Made by a program: the position numbers and the translations under genes
The notes under the pieces: model-generated
What the model was told of the DNA's origin: nothing
Databases searched by the model: none
What the model saw: the letters and a program-made list of their open reading frames with translations, nothing else
Source: a virus
Lineage: Duplodnaviria; Heunggongvirae; Uroviricota; Caudoviricetes
Length of the DNA: 64,000 bases
Virus record (IMG/VR): IMGVR_UViG_3300024268_000010
Reading direction: 5' to 3' (one strand)
Shown here: in pieces, positions 53,561-62,096 of the stretch
How positions within the stretch are numbered: the first letter of the stretch is position 1
Layout of the letters: each line of letters opens with the position of its first letter

Positions 53561-53899
53561 TTGATTGTCCTCCAAAATTGAATTTTTATAAAACAATCCA
53601 AGACACATTTGGTTATATAGATTAAAAGTCTATTCCAGTTAAGATTGCTGTCTGTGTCTTAAGATATCGTTTACATACGAGATACCATAATTGTAATTAA
53701 TTTAAACTAGGTTTAAATTGGCTATTGTCAGTCAATGCCTAAAACACAAGTATATTCCGCTTGGCATAACCGCGAATTAATTTCATCACTTACTATAATG
53801 TTATTAAAATTGCTGTAGGTATCTCTTTGTTAAGCAAGACGCATTTAACTTCAATCCCACTTTGAATTATATAAAATTGCTGTGTGCGTCTTTAAATTA

Positions 53900-54028
53900 T
53901 GGTTGAGAGGGTTGGATTCGAACCAACGAGGCACAATGCCGATGGATTTACAGTCCAGAACATTGCTGCGTAGTCTCTATCAAGACTAACATAAGGCTCC
54001 ATTGCGTTTACCACTTCGCCACCTCTCA
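53900..54028 (-). tRNA. tRNA-Tyr (GTA)-like gene carrying an insertion of about 43 nt between the D-arm and the anticodon loop
   Basis: Perfect acceptor TGAGAGG/CCTCTCA, D-arm GCGAAGTGGTAAACGC, anticodon CUGUAAA with TCCAT, Tyr-type variable arm, T-arm and CCA. The inserted block is flanked by a TGGA direct repeat and holds its own hairpin TAGTCT/AGACTA. Confidence 0.45.
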
Positions 54029-54036
54029 TTATTTGT

Positions 54037-54154
54037 TGCACGGAGTAGGATTCGAACCTACGGCACCAGGCACCCGAACGCATTGTAAATTTGCAGTTTA
54101 GGTTTATGTCTAAACCCAATTATTACTGTGCTCTACCAGCTGAGCTATCCGTGC
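54037..54154 (-). tRNA. tRNA-like gene with an expanded central region of about 45 nt; anticodon unresolved
   Basis: Perfect acceptor GCACGGA/TCCGTGC, D-arm GCTCAGCTGGTAGAGC, T-arm GTAGG-TTCGAAT-CCTAC; the insert contains the hairpin GGTTTA/TAAACC and a TTTACAAT box. Confidence 0.4.
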
Positions 54155-54162
54155 ATATTAGG

Positions 54163-54290
54163 CGGGAAGGGCAAGATTCGAACTTGCGACCAACGGCTTA
54201 GCAGGCATTATCGTTAACATTGCTGTGTACGGCTTTACCAAGTCGCATTGGTTGATGTTTACGTTGCTCTACCAACTGAGCTACCTTCCC
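54163..54290 (-). tRNA. tRNA-like gene with an expanded central region of about 55 nt; anticodon unresolved
   Basis: Perfect acceptor GGGAAGG/CCTTCCC, D-arm GCTCAGTTGGTAGAGC, T-arm GCAAG-TTCGAAT-CTTGC; the insert has an AAGCCGT direct repeat. Confidence 0.4.
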
Positions 54291-54338
54291 AGGTCTCGAT
54301 GAATCAATCATTTTGTTGTGTATCATCATCGTGAATTT

Positions 54339-54367
54339 ATTGTACCATACTTTATTTGATTTGTCAA
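54339..54367 (-). promoter_or_regulatory. promoter P2 (TTGACA-17-TACAAT) immediately upstream of the 54.3-53.9 kb tRNA cluster
   Basis: On the - strand: TTGACAaatcaaataaagtatggTACAAT, then the ACACAACAAAATGATTGATTC leader, which runs straight into the tRNA. Confidence 0.5.
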
Positions 54368-54382
54368 TAGTTCTTTCAATCT

Positions 54383-54410
54383 GTTTACAAATCGTTTACA
54401 TTTGTTTATA
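54383..54410 (+). repeat. three direct GTTTACA/GTTTATA repeats at 10-11 bp phasing (iteron-like)
   Basis: GTTTACAAatcGTTTACAtttGTTTATA lies between tandem promoters P1 and P2. Confidence 0.45.
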
Positions 54411-54438
54411 TTTTGGATTGATTTCCTATTGTGTTATC

Positions 54439-54467
54439 ATTATAGCACAATCATTTTGTTTTGTCAA
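54439..54467 (-). promoter_or_regulatory. promoter P1 (TTGACA-17-TATAAT) with the AACAAAATGATTG box inside its spacer
   Basis: On the - strand: TTGACAaaacaaaatgattgtgcTATAAT; an AATTGTAAAC box lies about 20 nt upstream. Confidence 0.5.
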
Positions 54468-54503
54468 GTACTATTTGTAAGCGTTAACATTTTGTTTACA
54501 ATT

Positions 54504-54746
54504 TTACTCTTCGTCATTAGGACTCTGATCTACAATGAAGTCTTTAATGCACATATAAATGTCTTTTGAACAACTTACATACAAATCTGCCCAACACATT
54601 CTTGCCGTAGCAGTAAACATCAAAGACTTCGCCGTAACTCTGCTTCCAAGTCCGTCCTCGATAAATACATCTTCCGGCACGGTCGATACATTTTTAACAA
54701 ACTGAGCAATGTCATTCATTGTTTCTAAGTAAATTTTCTGTCTCAT
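54504..54746 (-). CDS. small hypothetical protein (possibly HPr-like fold; weak)
   Basis: Start taken at MRQKIY with the RBS aaaggag; a ...AKSLMFTATA... block is reminiscent of HPr, but no phospho-His is evident. Confidence 0.35.
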   Translation of the reverse strand: MRQKIYLETMNDIAQFVKNVSTVPEDVFIEDGLGSRVTAKSLMFTATARMCWADLYVSCSKDIYMCIKDFIVDQSPNDEE

Positions 54747-54786
54747 GCTGTTCACTCCTTTCTCAATCATTTTTGATTGTATGTTC

Positions 54787-54814
54787 ATTATATCATATAT
54801 TTTCCAATTGTCAA
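54787..54814 (-). promoter_or_regulatory. canonical TTGACA-16-TATAAT promoter followed by the ACAATCAAAAATGATTGAGAAAGGAG leader
   Basis: On the - strand: two AATTGTAAAC boxes, then TTGACAattggaaaatatatgaTATAAT, then the leader. Confidence 0.55.
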
Positions 54815-54829
54815 TATGTTTTTGTTATC

Positions 54830-54850
54830 GTTTACAATTCGTTTACAATT
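54830..54850 (+). repeat. tandem GTTTACAATT boxes (11-bp period) upstream of the promoter
   Basis: gtttacaattcgtttacaatt. Confidence 0.5.
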
Positions 54851-54910
54851 ATACCCCAAAGGGTGTGTTCCAATGGGGTATAATAGGTAATTATCACCGA
54901 TAGGGTGTAA

Positions 54911-57900
54911 TTATAGAGTGGTTTTTCGAAGAGATTTCGTATCGTGCAGCCACTGTTGATAAGTCTTTAACTTTTCTACAAACAAATGGTTATCTTCTTT
55001 TCTTCCAAGAATACATAAACAACTGCCTTTAACAACAAAATCAGAATACTCTTTCAGCTGTCTACTCCAAATTGTACCCTCAACAATTTGATTGTTGATA
55101 CACAAGTCGATATATGCAAATGGATTGTTATTTTTATCTTTTTTTCGCTTAATGTCAACAATAACACATGGCACTATCGCTTTATCTCCATCGGGAATGT
55201 CATCCCATTCAATACCAATACGCGCATATGCTTCTTGTAAAGGGTTATCAGTAATAAACATAGACAAACTTTGAAATTCCCACAAAAACTCATCCTGTGC
55301 ATATTGCTCCTTAAAGTCTTGCATGTGCTTAGTGTACTTTTCTTTTTGTTGTTTTTCAAATAAGTCTTTCTTCTTCTGATTATAGATTGCCAAAACTGCG
55401 GTCTTATCTGTCTTTTTGCCAACTCGATAATCGTTAACATCAATTTCCCACTCGGTAAGTAACTTCAGCTTTGTCGGCAAAGAAGACACAGGAGTATATT
55501 CCTTAAATGTAAAGAGTGACTTAGCATATCTCTGCATCAATTTCATTTTATCACTAACTGGGAATGCCCCCGCTTTAATCAAAGCAATTGTGGCGGTTTT
55601 ATCTTGAACCTTTGCTAAAAAATCATTAAAACTAGAATACGGCTGATTCTCAATAATTTTAGCAATTACAGACGATCCAATACCTTTAACTGCACCAAAC
55701 CCAAACAGGATTTCTTTTTTGTCTGGATGTGCAGTAAAGCTATCACTAGATTCATTAATCTTTGGAGGAAGTACATTAACTTCTAGTCTGTGACAATCAT
55801 TAATAATTGAACTCAACTTTTCAGTTCTATCTGATTTTGCCGTCAATAGTGCAGTCATAAATTCAACAGGATAATAAACCTTCAGCCACGCCGTCAAATA
55901 AGACAACAAACTGTACGCGACAGCGTGCCCACGATTAAAACTGTACTCTGCTTGCTTCGATATTAAAGCCCACACATCTTCAATCTGTTGTTCTGTCCAC
56001 TGTTTACTGTCTAAACCATCCTTAAATTCTGTATATAAGGACGCCATCACATCTTTCTTCTTTTTTCCAATTGCACGTCTTGCGGTATCTTGCTTTTCTT
56101 CTGGAAACCCTGCATAGGCAAACAGATGGAGTGCGTCTTCCTGGTATAAGAGAATTGAGTGTGTTTTCTTGAACAACTCATCTAAGTCTGGATGAATACT
56201 CTTTATCTCCTCTGGATGTAATTTGTTCTTGCAATAATCGGGAAAACTATCTTTTGTGCCTGGTCTATTACTTGCATTAACAGCGATAACATCTTCTATG
56301 TTATCAACATGTGCATTAATACTCATTGTCCTTGCTTCTTGTGATTCAAACTGGAAAATACCAATTGTGTTACCAGAACTATAAACCTCATCGAATACTT
56401 TTTTATCATCAAGATTTAAGTGGTTAATATCAACATCTTTCCAAGTCAAACCAGTCAACCTCAAAGTGTCATCAACAATGTCCAAATTCTCCAATCCCAG
56501 ATAGTCCATCTTACAATACCCAAGAGAATCCATCGCTGCATGCATTTCCAATTGTGCCATTACATTTTTGTCGTTGTCAAGACACAGAGGCATATGTTCT
56601 ATGACCGGGTGTGGTGTAATTAAAGTAGCACTTGCGTGTCTACCTCTCGACTTAGGAAGCCCCTCAAGTTCCATAACATACTTAAACCACAAAGGAAACT
56701 GCTTATATATCTTGTCGAGCTTTTCATTTTTACCAACCAACTCTTTAAGCAACACTTCTTTTTCTTCTTCTTCACCAAGGTCACTTAAAGTTTTAACGGT
56801 AGGTATCATCTTGGCAACTTCATCCCTCATAGAATAAGAAATCTGCCCAAAATAAGGACTACTCTCTTTCTCGTTAAGAACCTTGCCAATATCTTTAATG
56901 GCCACTTTGGTACTCAAAGTATTAAATGTAGCAATTGGTGCGACATTCTCCTTACCAAACAATTCCTCAGTTAGCTCAATTATTTCTTTTCTTCTTCGTT
57001 TACTAATATCCCAGTCGAAGTCTGCAAGGCTACCAATACGACCCATGTTTGCAAAACGAGAAAAGTCCAAATCCCAACGCACACTATCAATCTGAGTAAC
57101 GCCAAGCAAAAATAAACATAAGCAATTTGCTCCTGATCCTCTAGAGTAACCCCTTGGCAACTCTCTTTTATCTGCTTCTTGAGCAATCATATACAACATG
57201 ATAAAATAGTCCGTATAATCTAAAGCATTAATGACCGGTAACTCCCGCTCAAGTCTATCTCGTCTAATTTTCTGATCCTTTGTAGACATCCAACCAAACT
57301 TTTCATCAAAAGATTTAAAAACCAAGTAATGAAGATATTCTTCGTGAGATGAGTATTCTGCTGGTACATCTACAACTGGTGTAATACTACCATGCCCAAC
57401 ACCATAATCAATGTTATCATCAACCATGTTGGCAATTTTTACAGTTTCGTCAATGCCTTTCTGAATAACCTCTTGAGAATTCCATCCACTCAAATATTGA
57501 TATACATCTTTTTCGGTTTGCAAATGACATCCTGCATAAATTTCTCCTGCTTCACGACCCTCTCCAATTTCAACAAAAATAGAATGAGTATCAAGTTGGT
57601 CTGCATTTAACATATGTGCGTCAGTAGTAATAACATATGGAAGTCCATTATCTTTTGCAAAATTATAAATTGCAGTATTGCATGACAACTGTTCCTCGGT
57701 AGGATGTGATTGAATCTCAAGTGATACATAATCAAATGTATCTTTAAGTAAATCAACATACTCTTTCGTTTCTTGAACTTTTCCATTCTCAAGATATCTA
57801 CTCACACGCCCTGCTTGACAAGCAGTAAGACAAATAATACCCTCTCCAAGATTATTGTTATTAATCCAAGAGATAGATACCCTTGGCTTTCCATAGAATC

Positions 57901-58240
57901 CAGTTGTTGCAGCCTCACTTACAATCTTGAATAAATTTTTAAGACCTTGTTGTGTTTTAACAATTAACAATAGGTGATATCTTGGCTGTTTATACTCTTT
58001 AGTGTCTTGCTTTTCTAGGTAGTTGTCTACCTCATAAATCTCACAAGCCACAATGGGTTTAACTCCATGTTTGTTACACAACTCTACTTGATTGACAAAC
58101 CCATGCATAGTCCCATGGTCTGAAACTGCAATAGCCGGCTGATTGTTGTCAGCAGCATATTTAACAATTTGCTCTACTGTTAAAATAGAGTCTAACAATG
58201 ACCCAAGTGCTGAGTGCACATGCAAATTAACAAAACTCAC
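54911..58240 (-). CDS. dnaE: DNA polymerase III alpha subunit (DnaE-type, N-terminal PHP domain)
   Basis: 1109 aa from a GTG start (SFVNLHVHSALGSLLDS PHP motif); polymerase core and OB region; RBS aggagg. Confidence 0.85.
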   Translation of the reverse strand: MSFVNLHVHSALGSLLDSILTVEQIVKYAADNNQPAIAVSDHGTMHGFVNQVELCNKHGVKPIVACEIYEVDNYLEKQDTKEYKQPRYHLLLIVKTQQGLKNLFKIVSEAATTGFYGKPRVSISWINNNNLGEGIICLTACQAGRVSRYLENGKVQETKEYVDLLKDTFDYVSLEIQSHPTEEQLSCNTAIYNFAKDNGLPYVITTDAHMLNADQLDTHSIFVEIGEGREAGEIYAGCHLQTEKDVYQYLSGWNSQEVIQKGIDETVKIANMVDDNIDYGVGHGSITPVVDVPAEYSSHEEYLHYLVFKSFDEKFGWMSTKDQKIRRDRLERELPVINALDYTDYFIMLYMIAQEADKRELPRGYSRGSGANCLCLFLLGVTQIDSVRWDLDFSRFANMGRIGSLADFDWDISKRRRKEIIELTEELFGKENVAPIATFNTLSTKVAIKDIGKVLNEKESSPYFGQISYSMRDEVAKMIPTVKTLSDLGEEEEKEVLLKELVGKNEKLDKIYKQFPLWFKYVMELEGLPKSRGRHASATLITPHPVIEHMPLCLDNDKNVMAQLEMHAAMDSLGYCKMDYLGLENLDIVDDTLRLTGLTWKDVDINHLNLDDKKVFDEVYSSGNTIGIFQFESQEARTMSINAHVDNIEDVIAVNASNRPGTKDSFPDYCKNKLHPEEIKSIHPDLDELFKKTHSILLYQEDALHLFAYAGFPEEKQDTARRAIGKKKKDVMASLYTEFKDGLDSKQWTEQQIEDVWALISKQAEYSFNRGHAVAYSLLSYLTAWLKVYYPVEFMTALLTAKSDRTEKLSSIINDCHRLEVNVLPPKINESSDSFTAHPDKKEILFGFGAVKGIGSSVIAKIIENQPYSSFNDFLAKVQDKTATIALIKAGAFPVSDKMKLMQRYAKSLFTFKEYTPVSSLPTKLKLLTEWEIDVNDYRVGKKTDKTAVLAIYNQKKKDLFEKQQKEKYTKHMQDFKEQYAQDEFLWEFQSLSMFITDNPLQEAYARIGIEWDDIPDGDKAIVPCVIVDIKRKKDKNNNPFAYIDLCINNQIVEGTIWSRQLKEYSDFVVKGSCLCILGRKEDNHLFVEKLKTYQQWLHDTKSLRKTTL

Positions 58241-58275
58241 TACTTTTATCCTCCTAATCATTGTGTTGCGTAATT

Positions 58276-58305
58276 ATGATAATACCAAAGTACCTAATTT
58301 GTCAA
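58276..58305 (-). promoter_or_regulatory. promoter (TTGACA-18-TATCAT) followed by the ACACAATGATTAGGAGG leader, for dnaE
   Basis: An AATTGTAAAT box lies upstream of the -35. Confidence 0.4.
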
Positions 58306-58339
58306 GATACTTTGGTATTAATTCACATTTTATTTACAA

Positions 58340-59467
58340 TTACATTGCTATAACCAATTTTTCACTGGCACGTGTCATACCTGTGTATAGCCAACGCAAA
58401 TATTGCTCTCGATCATTGCCTAAATATTCATTGAAAAGAACAACTTTTTCATACTGGCTGCCTTGGCTTTTGTGAACAGTGGTACAATACGCATAATCAA
58501 ATTCCATCGGTCTGATTTCCTTTGGATACATCTTCCAATTATCCTGATTTACCGTTGGTTTACCATCTACAAACAACTTGTAGTCCATACTCAAGTCCAC
58601 AAACCAATCATTATAATCTGTATCAAAATTGGCAACCATTTTTGGCTTTAAATAAAAAGTATCTTCCTTTCTAATATTGCTAATCGTTCCAATTGATCCA
58701 TTAACCAAATCACCAACAGCCCACTGGTTTTTAAGACAAATGCATTTATCTCCATTAATCGGTTCGTCAACATATCGATTTCCCCAATGAGCACGTCTAA
58801 TACGATTATTTAATGAAAATCTTGTTACATTCTTCCCACACAAAACCATATCTGCCGTCACAAGCAACTTATCAGCAATATTATCCTTGGGTACAATGCG
58901 TACATCCTTACCCTTGAAGTAATTTAAGTACTTACCTTCTCGTACATCCATAGATAACCGAATAATTTCACTATCTTGAGCTTGTCGCATAATTTCATCG
59001 AGAAAGATGTGAGGATGTTGCAAAACTCCATTGTCCTCTGCGATAGGAGGTAATTGAAATGGATCTCCTAGGCATATGATATGAATACCCCACTTCATCA
59101 AGATGTCCCATTGAGATTTTTCTAACATCGAAACTTCATCTATTACGATTAGTTTAAGTGCTTTTTCTGGCTTCTCTCTTGGAGTATGTACGAAGGTACC
59201 ATCTGGTAATTCGGTTGTGTGATACAAAAGTTTGTGTGCTGTTGTTGCATCTGGACAACCTTTGTTTTTTAAAACTAACGCTGCCCTACCAGTATATGCT
59301 ACATACGCTATTTTGTTTTTTGGAATATTAAGTTCTTGGATAATAAATTGCACAAGAGTAGACTTTCCAGTGCCTGCAAACCCGGCTATTACTGTAAATG
59401 GTTCCTTATTCTTATATCTAGAAATTGCCAATCTAAGACCTTTTTCTTGCTTGTCAGTTAATATCAC
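58340..59467 (-). CDS. SF1 DNA helicase (Dda/RecD-like)
   Basis: Walker A AGFAGTGKST; DEVSM Walker B; a C-terminal RecD-like SH3/2B region; 375 aa. Confidence 0.75.
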   Translation of the reverse strand: MILTDKQEKGLRLAISRYKNKEPFTVIAGFAGTGKSTLVQFIIQELNIPKNKIAYVAYTGRAALVLKNKGCPDATTAHKLLYHTTELPDGTFVHTPREKPEKALKLIVIDEVSMLEKSQWDILMKWGIHIICLGDPFQLPPIAEDNGVLQHPHIFLDEIMRQAQDSEIIRLSMDVREGKYLNYFKGKDVRIVPKDNIADKLLVTADMVLCGKNVTRFSLNNRIRRAHWGNRYVDEPINGDKCICLKNQWAVGDLVNGSIGTISNIRKEDTFYLKPKMVANFDTDYNDWFVDLSMDYKLFVDGKPTVNQDNWKMYPKEIRPMEFDYAYCTTVHKSQGSQYEKVVLFNEYLGNDREQYLRWLYTGMTRASEKLVIAM

Positions 59468-59470
59468 AGT

Positions 59471-60325
59471 TTACTTTCTCTCTTTCTGTTGTATATCAAC
59501 ATTACTCTTATCATTTGTTATTACTTCATAATCTTCTTTATATACCCAACGAAAGCCTCCGGCTGTTTTGCGCTCACCACGGCAACAAGCCGTTATTGAA
59601 GTTCCAAAAGTATTTAATGTCTGTGCCGCACAAGTCGCACTACAAAAACTATCAACAAACTCGCCATCCTTTGTGAGTTGTACAACTTGTTTTGCCACTG
59701 GACTTTTTTCACCCCTTTTGGAATCACCAATTCTCTTACAAGTTTCTTTAGAAAAATGTTTTCCGTAATTATGTGACTTCTCTCCCTTTTGTGCCTCACT
59801 CATTTTCTTACGAGTTTCTTCGGATAACCGTTTCCCTTTATGCGATTCACTCATTCTCTTGCGAGTTTCTTCGGAGATATTTTTGTTAGCTTCACTAATT
59901 TTCTGACGGGTTTCTTGGGTGTGACATTTCCCATACATTGGATTGTTCTCACCAGCAAGTTTGTGGTTGCCATAATTAGGATTATTTTTTCCAGTGCGCA
60001 ATTGTGCTACTTTACTCAAATGCACTTTTATTTCCTCGTACTCTTCAGGACTTAGTTCATATCTTTGATGTGTATTAGATCTAAGAAGTGCCATGCAAGT
60101 ATATGCGTACACTAAACTATTATTGTTTGGATTTTCTTGTGCTAATAATTTGTGTGCAATAAAATGTTCTCTTGCAAATAAATCAATTAAATTATCTGTG
60201 GCATTATCACCACCCATACATCTTGGAGTAATATGATGTTGTTCATGATATTCATCCCCACATCCAAACCTACCCCTAGTGTCTATAATATTTTGTATAT
60301 ATTCTTTATATGTCATATCGTTCAA
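59471..60325 (-). CDS. HNH homing endonuclease with repeated NUMOD3-like DNA-binding modules
   Basis: HHITPRCMGGDNATDNLIDL...H, followed by several ...TRKKMSEAQKG... NUMOD3-like repeats. Confidence 0.65.
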   Translation of the reverse strand: MNDMTYKEYIQNIIDTRGRFGCGDEYHEQHHITPRCMGGDNATDNLIDLFAREHFIAHKLLAQENPNNNSLVYAYTCMALLRSNTHQRYELSPEEYEEIKVHLSKVAQLRTGKNNPNYGNHKLAGENNPMYGKCHTQETRQKISEANKNISEETRKRMSESHKGKRLSEETRKKMSEAQKGEKSHNYGKHFSKETCKRIGDSKRGEKSPVAKQVVQLTKDGEFVDSFCSATCAAQTLNTFGTSITACCRGERKTAGGFRWVYKEDYEVITNDKSNVDIQQKERK

Positions 60326-60347
60326 AACTTAATCCTTTTATTTTCTT

Positions 60348-62093
60348 TTATCTCACAATCTCTAAATCTTTAATATTAACCTGCCCAGTAGTTATGTTAT
60401 TAAAATTACTCACTTCCAAGGTTCCAACAACATTAATCTCTACAGTAGCATTTTCATCCCAATTATTCATAAGCCAATCATATAATTCATTGCTGTTATC
60501 AACCTTAAATTGTACATATTTTACAGGGTGGTCTTCCCATGTGATTTGAATCGTATCACTGTTTTTCCCACATATTCTTGCGCTTTTATTGTCAACAACC
60601 AAGCCTTTAATAGCAAACAATGGTTCTTCAACTTCTTTGGCCCATAATGTTTTGTATTCATCTACGGCTTTACACAAGAAAAAGTCCACATTATTCGCGT
60701 CAATCTCAAAATCCACCGCATAAACTTTTCTGAAATCCATATCTGCAAGTTGCCGATTAAACCATTCTTGTGCCTTAGATATATTCTCTTCGGCAATCTC
60801 AATTCCGAAAGCACTATTATGACCCTGTGCCAAAGCCACATACGGACAACTCTCAGTGAATCCTCTAAAGTCTTCAATCGGACAATAATCAAATGCTCTG
60901 CCTGATCCACCAAACACACTTGGATTGTCTGCTCGTCTTCTGAGCAATAATATAGGCTTGTTAAACACCTCTGCCGTCTTGATTGCAACCAGACCAGTTA
61001 ATGCTTGTTCCAACTCTTCGGTACAATCACACACAATCACTTTGTCGTGTAATGACTGTGCTTCAATTTTATCTTTCAGTGCCTTAAATCCTTTCTCTTT
61101 TTGTCTATCCTGTTTGCCTTTGTAAGACTTCATTATTCTCACACAATGCTGATAAATATTCTCTTGGATGGGAGTTGATTCACCTCGTTTGGTATACTCA
61201 AACATTTCTGACTCATCCTCACAAAACGCCCTCAGTAACAATTTCTTATCTTCTGCTGTACCCATGCGAATATATGAGTTAATTAACGGTGCTACATAAA
61301 AAGCCACAGTAAAGGGAGAAATAATACCTTTTGTGCTAAAACTTTGGGCGTCAAAAATTTCTAACATCATTTTATTACGAATATTTGAAAGTCCAAATGC
61401 AACTTCTCTACGAGTTGCAATATCTTTTAATGACATAACATCTGCAATATTTGCAATTGCAACAAGATCATCATAATTGCTGGCATAATCAGTCCAATAA
61501 AAGTCATCAAGTGCTCTACATAGTTCTCTTGTAATAGCACACCCACAATATGATTTGTTTGGATAATTTTCAGAAGTTTGATTGTTAATAACAACTGCAC
61601 CACTTTCGATGTTTTTATAGCCATCTTCGGAGCATTCATGGTGGTCAGTAATAATCACATCAATGCCTCGTGTCTTTAATTCCAAGCATTGCTTAAAATC
61701 ATTTGAGGCAGCATCTGGAATCCACAACAATCTTGTGTCATTGGGCAACTCAAAATCTCCAGACAATCCGTGGCTTTTTGGATTGTCATGCACTACAATT
61801 TCGACTGGATAATTTTTATCCAAATCCTTAATATACTGACGCGCCACTGTAGCAGAGCATAATCCGTCTGTATCATTGTCAGCAAGAATTGCAATCTTGT
61901 TTCTACTTGAAAAATGTTTGTCAAATAAATCTACTGCTTTATCAATGTGATCTAGCAATCTCCAGTCTTCCGACCCTTGTGTTTTTGTGCAATTCAAATA
62001 TTCTTTCGGATTTTCAATCCCTCTATTTCTTAGCACAGTGCCAACTATATCTGTAGTGTCATTTGCGCTGTTGTTAATAAGTTTATATCGCAA
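60348..62093 (-). CDS. DHH-family phosphoesterase (RecJ-like ssDNA exonuclease)
   Basis: DNDTDG and VIITDHHE DHH motifs; DHHA1-like GHNSAFG; 581 aa. Confidence 0.65.
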   Translation of the reverse strand: MRYKLINNSANDTTDIVGTVLRNRGIENPKEYLNCTKTQGSEDWRLLDHIDKAVDLFDKHFSSRNKIAILADNDTDGLCSATVARQYIKDLDKNYPVEIVVHDNPKSHGLSGDFELPNDTRLLWIPDAASNDFKQCLELKTRGIDVIITDHHECSEDGYKNIESGAVVINNQTSENYPNKSYCGCAITRELCRALDDFYWTDYASNYDDLVAIANIADVMSLKDIATRREVAFGLSNIRNKMMLEIFDAQSFSTKGIISPFTVAFYVAPLINSYIRMGTAEDKKLLLRAFCEDESEMFEYTKRGESTPIQENIYQHCVRIMKSYKGKQDRQKEKGFKALKDKIEAQSLHDKVIVCDCTEELEQALTGLVAIKTAEVFNKPILLLRRRADNPSVFGGSGRAFDYCPIEDFRGFTESCPYVALAQGHNSAFGIEIAEENISKAQEWFNRQLADMDFRKVYAVDFEIDANNVDFFLCKAVDEYKTLWAKEVEEPLFAIKGLVVDNKSARICGKNSDTIQITWEDHPVKYVQFKVDNSNELYDWLMNNWDENATVEINVVGTLEVSNFNNITTGQVNIKDLEIVR

Positions 62094-62096
62094 CTT

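Noticed and set aside
17400-58320. Treating every AATGATT 7-mer as a motif instance
   Set aside because: The 7-mer alone is expected about 15 times per strand by chance in AT-rich DNA, so only the extended ACA(A/G)AATGATT(G/A) context at gene boundaries on the - strand was counted.
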